From Camelus dromedarius (lineage: Eukaryota): 64,000 nucleotides of DNA. Where the stretch lies: contig NC_087436.1 of NCBI RefSeq assembly GCF_036321535.1, positions 116,066,001 to 116,130,000 on the forward strand, given 5' to 3'. Position numbers and translations under genes: made by a program. Shown in pieces: positions 37,834 through 50,198 of the stretch (its first letter is position 1; each line of letters begins with the position of its first letter). The notes under the pieces were generated by a model. The model was not told where the DNA came from and made no database searches. It was given only the letters and a program-made list of their open reading frames with translations.

Positions 37834-38563
37834 TGAGCATTGCCTTCTTCTGTCATGTGAATCAAGTGTCATCTTTTCATTTTAAAAGAAATGGTTATAT
37901 TGGCATCTCTTTTATGATTGTCTGTGGGCTGCGTCCTTTCTGTGAGGTAGAATATCCATTCGCATAGTCACAAAGGAACTTAAGGAATGTCGGCTCAGGA
38001 CATCGTACGGCTCAGGACATGTACTAATTTTCCCAGTTTCTCTCTTACTCTGACTGCCTGGCTGAGCAAAAAATAAATAAAAGTTGTGGTTGTTTGTCCT
38101 ATTGCAAGGTGATTATATGGACCAAATAAACAAATGGAACGACCTGTCAAATTTTCCACATGGGCCATAGGTTAGAGTGGACCAGATCACTTCACATCTT
38201 TTCAATGCATCTGTTTTGAACTTAACCTGCATTGGACTCTACTCGCTCATGCTTGCTGAATCTGTGAACTTAAATATGTTACCCCACTTCTCTGAGACTC
38301 TCTTTCCACATCCGTGAACTGGAGGTACTGCTAGCATCCACAGGGCTGACGGTGGACCAAGCAAGAAACTGTGCAGTCTGCAGGGACATCTTGCACTCAG
38401 TAGGCCTCCATCAACGTGGTTTCCTGTAATTTCACCAGAGCTGTGTGCTGACCCGATGAGGTCGGCAAATGCTGTAACTTCTGCCCTGCAGTGGAGGTGC
38501 TGAGCTCCGAGAAATAAAATGAACTGATCAAGATCTCACACATGGTTCAGTATCCAGTTAAAC

Positions 38564-38776
38564 CACTGGTTCTCTAGCAAGGATGATTTTGCCTCCAGGG
38601 GACATTTGGTGATGCTTGCATACTGCGCACTGTCACAACAGGGGAATTACGCTATTGGTGTCTAGTGGGCAGAGACCAGGGATGACGCTAAACACCTTGC
38701 AATGCACAAACACAACTCCCTACAGCAAAGAATCGTCCAGGCGAAATGTTGATGGCGCCGAGCTGGAGAAGCCCTG
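38564..38776. mobile_element. MER20 hAT-Charlie MITE
   Basis: tgattttgcctccaggggacatttgg...tctagtgggcagagaccagggatgacgctaaacacc...gagaagccctg. Confidence 0.9.
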
Positions 38777-39389
38777 GTTTAGATCCGTGCATACTGACAT
38801 CAAATCAAGAGTTCTTTTCAATTCACTTTACATTTCCCAAAGTACATCAAAGCACCTTGTAAAACTAAAGCACTATTTTGGTTAGTTGAAAGGCAGGATA
38901 ATAGAAGAGAAAACTTTAAGGTTTGACATATCTGGGTCTATTCTCAGCTCTACCATTATTAACATTTAATCTGTGTGACCTCAGGCAAAATTAACTCATC
39001 TGAACCCTGGATTCTCTATTTGTGAAATGTAACAGGACACTTCAAAAGTTAGAAATCATATAACTAAATGCCCCATTCACGGCAGCTACAGATACAGTTA
39101 TTATGATAGTTGACTTGTCATTTATGGACGTGGGTGTAGATAAATGGGATACCTTTCATTTTTTAAATAAGCATTAATGAATGCACACCTTGTGCTAAAC
39201 CCGCAGGGGTAACGGGAAAATAATCTGAAAGACTGAACATTCAACTCTACGGAAAATGCACTACCCCAAAAAGACCACCTAAATGACTGGATAGGACTCA
39301 GGTTTCCAGTTTGGAATAAATTTAGAAAAACCAAATAAGATGTGAAAATAGAAAGATCCTTTTTTTTTTTTTGGCATATTTTAGTGTAC

Positions 39390-39468
39390 TTGAAAAGAGT
39401 GGTTAACAACTGAAAGTTCACAGAGTTGATTCTCCATGAAATGATACTGATTTGATAGATCCAGGGGC
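39390..39468 (+). repeat. 79-bp dispersed direct repeat, copy 2
   Basis: Offset 1635 bp from copy 1; 4 substitutions. Confidence 0.95.
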
Positions 39469-39827
39469 CCCATAAGAGAAAAAAATCCCAGCAATTAGTT
39501 GAGTTGCCATCTGTCCAGAAGCTTCCCAAGTTCGAGATGAGCACAAAACCAAAATTGTCTCTTTAAATGAAAGAGGAAAAACAGGTCACCATCAGAGGAG
39601 AGGAAAGACTGTCCTCTTGCACGAGGGCCAAGCCCTCCAGGAGGCCTGGAGGTGTTTGATCTGGTCCACTGTGCCTGTCTTTTTGTCTTTTTTATCTTTG
39701 AGGCTGACCCTCAGTGCCTGCCCCAGACTCTGTCTACTGGTCGGTTAATTGTTGACTCATCGGTTCTCTGCCCGGGAAGGGCCTGACTCTGGTGAGAGCT
39801 GCCAGATCTGGTCCTAGGGTTTATGGT

Positions 39828-40023
39828 TAGGGTGGCTAGATAAAATACAAGATACCCAGCAGCATCTGAATTTCAGGTAAACAAATTATTTCTTGTGTAT
39901 GTACATCCCAGATGTTGTATACAAATATTGGGACACACTTATACCAAAAATAAATGTTGTCTACCTGCAATTTAAATATAACTGGACATTCTGTATTAGT
40001 GTTTGCTTCATCCAGTAACCCTA
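39828..40023. mobile_element. MER53 palindromic hAT MITE
   Basis: TIRs tagggtggctaga...tccagtaacccta; near-palindromic interior. Confidence 0.9.
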
Positions 40024-41629
40024 CTCCGAACAATGGCAAATCTAGATCCCGATCCAAGGCCAAGTTAAGGGGAAGAGGGTACCCACATCACCATCCATCC
40101 AAACTGTGCCCCATCCAGACTGAGGTACAGGAAAGACTTCACCTCGAGTGTTCATGGTTGTATAGCTATAAATGCAAATGTAACTATAAACATAAATATA
40201 TTCAAAACTGAGGTTTCCAGGGAAGAGTGGCCTGGAAGGTTGAAAATGCCCAGCCACCTGGCTGCGTATGGAGAGAGGCGTGCCTTCTCTTTATATTAAT
40301 ATTATTGGATCTCTCATGGGCCTCATGCGTAAGCGTCATTATGTCTATTTCACAAATCAGAAACTAAAAATCAAGGCATAAAGCAACATTGAATCTTAGC
40401 CAAAAGTGAGCTAGATTTACAGTCTATAAGGCCAAAATTTGAATTTCAGCTCTACCCAGATAATACTACCAGAAATACCTTAACATTTTGAGTCTCTCAT
40501 TGTCATTGTTAAGCAAATAATACACAGACCACTGGGTGGAGGGAGGAATTCATGTATTGATGTATACAAAGTACCAAACAGCCCTGGAAGAGGTACCCAA
40601 AAAATGACAGCTACTGGCATTCATTTCTATAAGGTAAGTTTCCCTTGAACAGTGATGCTGTGACTAAAATCAGGGACTTGGTACATAGCATAGTCATGGG
40701 CACATGGAGTTATTAATAAGGTAGATTTGAATTCATGTCTAGTTACTCAGATAGTTCCTTCAAATTAAGCATTAAGCACTCCCCTACTTTTAAATGCAAA
40801 TAATAATGTAACACTTTAGTAATATCTTGAATCTTGGACATCTTAAATGAATTAAATTTACTGAATCAATTTTCTCATCAACAGCAGACTCTGGAAGGTT
40901 GGGGACATGCCCTGACTATACTATAAAGTTCTTTCTGGGGAGGAGACCCATTCTCTGCTCATCTCTGAGTGAAGGTGAGTGGAGAGAGTCCTACAAGAAG
41001 GGATATCAACACAGGCAAAGGCAAGGAGGTGGGGAAATCTGGAAACACAGGGTTTGTGAAGGTCAGAGAGTGGTCATAGGAATTATTGTGATGCAAATTT
41101 CTTTGGAGGGGCAGGTTATCTTCCATCATTCCCAGCTTTTTAAGAAGTGCAACAGCCGTGGTGTTTTCCAGTGAGGCAGAATCACTGTTCTTTGTCATCA
41201 GCGGTCTTAATCTTGCAAAAGAATAAAGTTAGTGAAAGATACATTTGAGTGAATATCAGCCTCCTTCCTTTACACTAGAATTAAGAACCAAGAGTCCTGG
41301 GAGGGAGGAAGGGAGAGGGCTGAGTGCAAGGGCCACGAGTTCCTGCCCCACGTAGGTGCCCAGGAATGTTGCTGTCACATCTGTTCCCAGCTCCAAACCA
41401 CCTCTGGAGTCCTGGTAGGAGGGTTCCTTCTGAATGGGGTTTTGTGTATGTAAACCATCAAATTTGCCACTTGCTCTTTTTTTATTTTTCAGTGTAATTA
41501 GAATGATAAGTATATTAAGTAAATTTTCTCCAAACATTTAAATATAAAATTGTGCAACTCATAAATCAAAATTGAAACTTCACAAATCCTCTTATACATT
41601 CAATCTAAAAAAATGATAAAAATTTGATT

Positions 41630-41930
41630 TACAAACCAAAAACAGACTCGCAGACATAGAAAACAAACTATGGTTACCGAAAGGGAAAGGGCAGAGAGGG
41701 ATAAATTAGGAGTTTGAGGTTAACAGACACACATGACTATGTATAAAATAGATGAACAACAAAGACCTACTGGATAGCACAGGGAGCTGTATTCAATTTC
41801 TTGTAATAACAGATAATGAAAAAATAATCTGAAAATAAAATATACTTATGTATGTGTATATATAACTGAATCACTTTGCTGTATACCTGAAACTTACATT
41901 GTAAATCAACTATACTTCAATAAATTTTTT
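41630..41930 (+). mobile_element. L1 3' end (cetartiodactyl type)
   Basis: aacagactcgcagacatagaaaacaaactatggttacc...tataactgaatcactttgctgtatacctgaaact...cttcaataaa; degenerate TSD around tgataaaaa..ttgatt. Confidence 0.92.
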
Positions 41931-42432
41931 GTAAGTGATAAAAAAGTTGATTATAAATCTTATTCAAATGCTCTATCTCAATAAAAGCATAAGCCTACAG
42001 TGACACATTTCCTTAAGTGCTTTAACACCTTAAAAAATACATTCACAAACATGTAATATTCACAAAACATCATAATGCTTATAAAATGTATTGTTATATT
42101 CATACTCAACCTGTGAGAAAATTAGTGATCCGGTAGGTTTAGTTAATTTCTCCATTAATCACATACTTATATATACTTTAATGTATCTTTCCAGGTTACA
42201 GTGAGCTATTGAACATAAAACAAAAAGACTGTGATTGATCAGCTGGGATTGTTGAAGTATCAGTGAATTGACCACACCCAGGGCCATAGTTTGAACTCCT
42301 GAAGTGAGTCAAACCCTAGCACATATTCCTCAGCAAGACTGATTCAGTGTGTCCATGAGTGTTCACAGCCACCTCTTTTCCTGCGTTGGGTGTCTCTGCT
42401 CTTTGCCATCATTATGTCTGTGTCATGGGATG

Positions 42433-42837
42433 TGTTATGAGCTGACTCATATGCCCCCAAAGTTCATATTTTGAAGTCCTAACCCCCAGTACCTCAAAGT
42501 GAAACCATATTTGGAGACAGTGTCTTTAGAGAGGTAATTTAATTAAAGCAAGGCCCTTTATGAGTGGGCCATAACCTGACTTGTGTCCTTACAGGAAGAA
42601 TAAATTGGGATACAGACACATACAGAGGAAGACGGTATGAACACACAGAGAGAGGACAACCACCTCTACGCCAAGTAGACAGGCCTGGGACAGATTCTTC
42701 CCTTGTGGCCTCCAGAAGGGACCGGCCCTGCTGACACCTTCATCTTGGACTTCCAGCCTCCAGAAGTGAGAGACAGGAAGTTTCTGTTTAAGCCAGTCTG
42801 TGGTACTTCGTTCCAGAAGCCCTAACAAACTAGTACA
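42433..42837 (+). mobile_element. MaLR solo LTR (MLT1A-like)
   Basis: TG...CA ends with perfect TSD ggatg (42428-42432 / 42838-42842). Confidence 0.93.
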
Positions 42838-45159
42838 GGATGTTGAGCCTCAAATTACAGTTTCACTCAACTTACAGGTTTTGCATCTCAGTAAAATTAG
42901 TTGAGTCATCCAGACCCTTCATTTTGTAGGAGATGAGAGGCTGAGTGGACCTCTCAGGACTTCATCTTGAATTTGGGCCAGTCTATCATGTGTCCACCCA
43001 CTGGAATGATTTCCACTTAGTTTTTGTCCATAATCTCTTGAGCCGAACAGCCTTTGCTGCTCTAGGTATAATTTATCTTTCCTAAGGGGAAAAAAATGCA
43101 TATTACTTATACAAACGTACTTGGGAAAACAAAATGTCACTGTCATATATGTCAATAGTTCTCTACCAATCTTAGTCAATTTAAAAATTTCATTCACCTT
43201 TCTTTTGTATTATAATTATCATCTTATACATTTTAATGAACTTATTTCATCTTTGAATGTCACAGCTTCCTTACAGACTCAATTCATTCCAATTAGCGAG
43301 AGTTACTATTCTCGTTTGATGCTTCAGTTGTTATAACTTGGCAAGTAGGAGTTTCTTAGCACTATCTCCTTTGTCCTTGCGATTTGACCCTCGACAATTT
43401 TTTAAAGTTTCTTTGTCTTCCGGCATTCATTGTAGCTCAAAGCCCATCCTAATTTTTCTCCATCTTGAGACATGGGATCAGTTGACCTCCAGGGAGTCCT
43501 GCTTCTCCCTAGCCTCCCCAGCTCAAGAACCACCTAGTGTTGCAGGATGACGTGGGTGCTGAGTATCCATGACCTGACCATGCTTTCCACACAAGTGCCG
43601 AGGGACAGGAAGACACCACTGCTGGACCACCCTGGGGACAGGACTGAGAACATGTATTTCTTATCAAGATCATGAGGTTCACAGTCAATCTCTAATTTAA
43701 CATTAAGATCAATAAGTTATAAAAATATTAATGAGTTATTTGATTTCCACTTCAATATGCCTAACTTAAATTTTAACCCATCACTCCAATCGTAATCATG
43801 TTTCCTTTTTTACTTACTTTTTATGTCTCATCGACCACTGCTTTGCAATCACTTTACTGACTCTAAAGAACCCAGAGCATCTCATAAATTGCCTCTATTT
43901 ATCCTCCCTCACTGTCAGGATAGACACAAAGCAATCCAGCCCCTTTCACACATGTTGTGAGCACATTCAGGTCCCATAAGGTGATATTTCACAGGCTTAA
44001 GGCCTAATTTTCTAAGAATGTAATTTACAGGTGGAATGACCTTTACCCACTCTCTTCCCCTCTCTGGACCTCACTAACTCATCTATAATGTATTTTTTTA
44101 ATACTAAAAAAGAAAAAGAAAAGGCCAGGTCTTAAATTCTTTGATTCAGGAATACATCCAGTCCAGTATCAAATCTGCTTCATTAACTAAAAGATCTTTA
44201 CAGAATGAAGATGGAAGGAAGGATGGGAGCTGACAGCTCTCCCAGTCTGTAAAACCAAACGCTGAAGGCCACTTAGCTACTCTTGCCAGATGTGAACCTG
44301 CAGCTTAAAAGGGTTAACCTGTGCGAAAGCATTTTATAAATTTAAAAACCATGCGTAAATCGTCTGCATTTTTTTTACGAATTACCAATCATGATAATGA
44401 TTGAGTTCTTTCAGGCATGGAGCTGTGAAAGGGCTCACCTGGGTGTCAGCAGCAAAGTCCTTGCAAGGTCCCCATATCCTGGATTTCCAATTCAGTGCCC
44501 TCTCCACCAGATTATGCAGCATTTCAACTAAGAAAATGAATTCCATGGATGAGAAGCAGTCATTCACCCACGGGCCAGACTCTCATCGTTCCCTGCACAC
44601 CTGTCGGGAAGAGATCCAACCGAAAGGCCCTACTTACCTGAGATAAAGGCCAGTCCGCTAAGGACAGTGACGCCAGGTGTTTGCCCCGAGCAGTGCCACA
44701 CGCCAGCCCCATTTAGGTTGTAAGGCAGCAAGCTTCCTGGCCTATTTTACTCATTCCAGTTCCCAAGGATAACACTCCAGACTCTGAATCAGAGGCACAC
44801 TTTTGTTTCCATCCCGATATAACCCAAGACAGAAGGCGCATGAAACAGCCGTTTAATTAGAGTATGCAAATCACTGTGCTCCCATTTCTCTCTTCTGTGG
44901 TAACATTTGTGACTTATTTACAGGAGAGAACACAGCTCAGAGAAGGGGGCGCGATCAAAGGAAAACAAAGGAAGCAGTCCGCACTCCTCCACGTCTGCGG
45001 ATGGTGAGGGATGAAGGGCCGCATGTTTGCTGCCTCAATTCCCATCACGTGACCTCATCCTATACGTCCAGCTTGTGAGATGACTTTGGTTGAGCCATGT
45101 CTCCTTGGCCAGGCTGAAAAGTGAAGATCATGCATTGTACACGAGACATGATTTGCGTA

Positions 45160-46030
45160 CTTTTATTTTTCATAGACATACACTGAAGTATCCTTTTTGA
45201 TGTGCAATTTTTAGAGATTAGACAAATGCCTTGAGTAGTGGAACCACCGCCAAGATCTGGAGACAGAGCAGCTCCATCAACACACAGCTGCTGCCCTTTG
45301 TATTCAGATGCTCCTGCTGCCCTGAGGCCCAGTGACCATCCTCAGTTCTTCATCCTTATGGTTCTGCCTTTTACACAATGTCGTACAAACGGGAATCCGG
45401 CTTCCTTCACTTGCATGATGTGTAATATATTTTAGATTTACCTATGTTGTCATGTCATTTGGGATTCTCATGGCCTGGTTGCATTCTGTTGTGTGGATAC
45501 ACCAGTGTTTGTTCATTTATTCATCAGTTAAAGCCATTTGGGTTGTTTCCAGGTTCTGGGGGTTACCAGTGAAACTGCTATGAACCTTTGCATATAGGTT
45601 TTTGTATAACGTAAGTTTTCACTTCCTTGAGTAAATAGCTGGGGGTAGGATTGCTGAATCACAGAGCGAGTGTGCATTTAACTTTCCAAGAAATTACCAA
45701 ACTGTTTTCCAAAGTGATTTTGCTATTTTGCTTCCCCACCAGCAATGTACGAGATTCCGAGTTAGTCTGCAACCTTACCAACCCTTAGCGTCGTCAGGTA
45801 CTGACAGGAGCAGTGATAGTAGCAGTGCTATTAGCATAGCAATTCAGAGAGGTGTGTGGCAGCATCTCGTTGTGGTTTTCATTCGCATTTTCTTCATGAC
45901 TAATGATGTTGGCCGTCTACTCATGTGCTTACTTGCCGTAATAAATGTTCTTGGGTGAAATGTACACAGAAACCCTTCACCTGACTTTCAAATGTTGTTT
46001 CCTTGTTCCTGAGTTCAATAAATTATTTTT
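45160..46030 (-). mobile_element. Old L1M(B/C) fragment
   Basis: catttgggttgtttccagg...ccaaactgttttccaaagtg...ccaccagcaatgtacgagattcc. Confidence 0.85.
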
Positions 46031-46155
46031 ACACTTACAATTTTTTATTAACTAAGAAAGAGCTAAATGGCCAGGATTATTATAGACAGGATTTGAATCA
46101 ATGGTAGCAACAGACAGCTGGATGTTAAGAAGTCCAAATATCCACAATTCTAGAA

Positions 46156-46320
46156 CAGTGCTTCTCAAAGCTCAGTGCACAGGTAAATCGCCTGGACATC
46201 TTGTTGAAAAATGCAGATTCCTACTCAGGAGGTCTGGGGTGGAGCCTGAGAACTGCTGTTTCTAATAAGCATCCAGGAGATGCTAAGGCAGCTTGTGTCT
46301 GCATCACATTTGATTAACAA
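46156..46320. mobile_element. MER5-family MITE
   Basis: cagtgcttctcaaa...aatgcagattcc...ggtctggggtggagcctgaga...tctaataagcatccagg. Confidence 0.85.
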
Positions 46321-46703
46321 GAGTCTGATAGGTTCTGTTTAAATTTCCTTTTCTAACCCCAAAGCTGAGAAACACTCATCATGTAATTTAGTCTTCCTTT
46401 TCTTCTGGAAGAAAATGAAACATGAAATTAACAAATACCTTAAAATAATTGCATCTCTTCTCTAGAACACACCACATACTGTTAGAACTTGAATGAGTAT
46501 GTCACAGTCTCTGGAACAGGTATCTGTCCAAAATTATGTTGTCTTTTTGTTTTTTTTTTCAATTTTATTACTAAAGGCCATAAAGAGATCTCCCCATGGA
46601 AGTCATTCTAATGAAGAAATAGTTATAAGTGTTCCTTATTGGGATCAATTTTTTTTTGACCCTAAAATACTTTGATGTAGTCACTGGTTGAAGTAAAACT
46701 TTC

Positions 46704-46712
46704 TGTGTGTGT

Positions 46713-46748
<36 letters not shown>
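46704..46748. repeat. (TG)~22 microsatellite
   Basis: Nearly perfect TG run with one TA interruption. Confidence 0.95.
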
Positions 46749-46752
<4 letters not shown>

Positions 46753-47427
46753 CCCTATTACCAATGAGACAGGAGTGGGTGAATAGTGCCCCGATATCCA
46801 AGGACCTCATCTATAAACCTCATAAACACAGAGTAGGAGTTAGTGTAGGTACAATCTAAACGCTACTTGATATTGCATTGGATATAAAATAAATTGACAG
46901 TAGAAAAACCCTTTGATGCCTGGGATTTCTTGTTTAAAAAGAATCAGAATCCAACTAGCCCAGAGAAGGAAAGCATCTCTGAGCTTGGAAAACGCAAACC
47001 CTTGTTGTCAAGGGGATTGCACGTACTTCAGAGAGTAACCAAGATGAACCGTTGAGGTTTGGGGAGAAAATATTAGAACCTCTTCTTCCATTCATTTTTA
47101 AACTTAGGAGGATAAGAAAACCACATCTGACCAATGTTGACTGTATCAATGGGCACATTGATCTTCATTTCATCTCCGTGCACAGCAGAGAGACAAGGTG
47201 GGTTGGACCCAAAAGCCAACAAAGTGTCAAATAGAGACAGGAGTGGATGGGATCCCTTCAGTAACCAAAGAAGGTGTGAATGGGAGGTGATTGTAACATT
47301 TCGAGTTTAATCAGGGGAGGAAAAATAATCAAAGTAAACTGAGAAGGAGGCAAAAAGAGAAGCTTGTTCTCAGGAGAAAATGGTGTTTCAGAAAGTAGTA
47401 GACAAAGTGTCAAGAGAGACTGATTAA

Positions 47428-47626
47428 ATTAACTACTGTATATATAAAAAAAAAAGATTTATCCTGTACAGCACAGGGAACTATATTCAGTATCTTGTAG
47501 TAATCTGTAATAAAAAAGAATCTGAATATGAATATATGTATGTATGTGCATGATTGAAACATTATACTGTAACCAGAAATTGACACACTGTAACTGACTA
47601 TACTTTGGTTTAAAAAAAAAAAAAGA
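47428..47626 (+). mobile_element. L1 3' end (camelid type) inserted in antisense L2
   Basis: cagcacagggaactatattcag...ccagaaattgacacactgtaactgactatact + polyA; TSD agactgattaa (47417-47427 / 47627-47637). Confidence 0.92.
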
Positions 47627-47956
47627 AGACTGATTAACAACATTAAATGTTGCTGGAGTAAAATGAGGGTAGAACATGCCTACTGGATTTGGTTCCAGAG
47701 ATGGATGTCACTGGTCATCTCAGCAAGAGGGTGGCCATCCCAGAAGACCCCAATGCAAAGTGCAGCACACAGAGCGCATGCCCAAGGAAGGACATTTCCT
47801 TGTTGTTGCTGACGAAAGTCTGTTAGAGTTTGGTGTAAAGAAACACATGCATGTTCTGGGTAAAAGTTGGGGGAATTCAAGAAATGCAAGAGGTGACAAA
47901 CAAAACCTTTTTTTAAAATAATCACCCATAAACCTATCATCTAAAGGCAAGCCCTG

Positions 47957-47992
47957 TGATAATGTTGTCTGATAATGTTGTCTGATAATGTT
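47957..47992. repeat. 13-bp minisatellite (tgataatgttgtc) x2.8
   Basis: tgataatgttgtc tgataatgttgtc tgataatgtt. Confidence 0.9.
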
Positions 47993-50007
47993 CCTGTGTT
48001 TTCTCCCTTAGTAGGTTTTGTTCCTTTAATATCCTCCATATAATTATGATCAGATTTTATGCACTGATTTTTTTCAGTTCACTTTTTAACAAACTTTAAA
48101 TGTTTTGTAAGCATAGTATCCCATAAAGTGTGCATACCACATAGATATTCATCTTACTTAGATTGTTTCCAATTTGAAGGCTGTTCCAAATAAAGCTGAA
48201 ATGAGCATCTCTCTGTATAAGCCTTGTCTCCAATTATTTAATTTTTTTTTTAAACAGAGGAACATCCACAGGGAAATTTCTAGGTTAAAGATTAGGAGCA
48301 CTCTCAAACTCTAAGGAGCTATTTTTAAAATTAATATAAATGTGCTGTGGAATGACAAAAAGGACCCCAAATCAACCACAAAACAAGATAATAAATTCTT
48401 GCTAGTTTTAATTCAGCAACTTCCATGAACATGATTCCCAATCTTCTTTCTCACAATTCAGAGTATTGCCTTTCTACCTTTACCTCCAAGGATATAGAGC
48501 TTTTCTGATACTGAGCAGAAGAACAATGCTGCCAGTGAAAGGAGACGGAGGTGGGTGCGGGGAGAGAGAGGCACTGGAGGGAAGGGTTAGGAAGCAAAGG
48601 GAAGAGAAGGCCATTTGCTACCATGAATTTCAAGAAAGACTTGGAGTCTCATGTAACTTATGTTTTCTCCAAATATCTGAATTGTCAAAAGCCAGAGGAT
48701 CAGCAGAGCAGACACTCACCGGTTTCAGCTTCTGTGACAACCAGCCTCCCCTGTCTCCCACCCCCTGTCTCCCACGTGGGAAACCCCGGTTAGCTGAAGT
48801 CATGATGAGAAGCAGCCGCCTCTCACTAGAGAAGGAAAAGCAACACAGGTCTCGCCTTGTCTTGGGTCGGCAGGAGGCTGGCTCGTGGACTGGGCTCGGC
48901 AAGTTGGTACCAGTTCCGGGGTTTGGATCTTGAGAGAACGACGTGGTAGTGTGGGGACAGAGGTCGCTGTCACCACCGCGGCAGCCAGAGCAGGCAGCCC
49001 GCACCCCTTCAGTGACCTGTGCGGCCGTCTCTGGTGGCAAGCTCTCCCTGGCGGTGACCTGTTTCTACATCTGCTTTCCCGGCCTCTTGTTAGTTTCTTG
49101 TACCCTGACAGCCCTTCAACAACCGCCCCCTTCACCTAAGTTGCCGCAAGTCAGGCTTGGTGCTTGTGAGGATGTCTCTGCCTGAGCCCAGTGGGCAGGG
49201 CCAGGCTGCATGTAGGATTTTGGACTTTATCTTTACAACAATGGGAAACAACTAATGTGCAAAATTTCTTTCAGCACGGGACCCATTATCCAGGGAGGAT
49301 GGAGGCCTGGAGAGTGAAAAAAAGTGGGAATCAGAACAAAGGACACACCGCAGTGGATGCTGCCGGATGGCAGGGAGCAGGAAGAAGGCTGCTGAGCATG
49401 GCTGAGGCACCGGGAGCAAGGACATTCTCACCTTCACATCATGCAGAGGCTCAGGACTTCAGGGAAGTAAAGACAAGGGACACAGAGGCTGCAACTGTAC
49501 CTGCCCGGGAATTCCAGGGACAAATGCGGATGCCAGGACAGACATTTTATGCAGCTCCTATGCAGACTCCACTGCTGTGTTTTTTCCACTTCAAGCGGCC
49601 AAAAAGAATGAACAACTTGATGACAGTCTGTTCCTCCGATGGCTCCTGACCCCTCAACGCTCATCTCCAACATGTCAGATGACAAGAGTCCACCCAGCGT
49701 GCAGCCACCACCCCACCTTCAAGAAGAGTGTCAGAAATTCCACTGATAAGATTCAGCTGCAACTCTGGTTGAAAACGTAGCTTCCCGGCTGCTGCCTCCA
49801 GTGACTGTGATTCTGAGGGTCGGGGTGAGAGCTGAGAACGAGCATTTTAGACATGTTTTACCATAGGATTTGTCATCATGGAGGTTTGAGAAACACCACT
49901 GTAAAAAAAGTCTCTTCCCTGATAAAGGTAAGAAATAGATGCCTAGCAGGGATTTCCCTAGACATTGGCGGTGTCATCACAGAAAAAGGTGGTTTGAAGG
50001 CCTCGGA

Positions 50008-50198
50008 TAGTGGTTCTAGGTACTGAACACACCAGCATCTCCTGGAGGGCTTGTGATGGACAGATATACATTGCTGATCCCACTCCCAGAGTTTCTGATT
50101 CAGAAGGTCTTGGGTGGGGTCTGAGAATTTGAATTTGTAACCAGTTCTCAGGTGACGCTGGATCCACCAGTCCTGGACCACCCTTGCAGAATGGCTGA
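50008..50198. mobile_element. MER5A MITE
   Basis: cctggagggcttgt...cccagagtttctgattcagaaggtcttgggtggggtctgagaatttg. Confidence 0.88.

Noticed and set aside
37616..39544. Two ORFs sharing PWIYQISIISWRINS.NFQ as paralogous proteins
   Set aside because: The similarity is simply the translation of the 79-bp DNA duplication; the flanks are unrelated or low-complexity.
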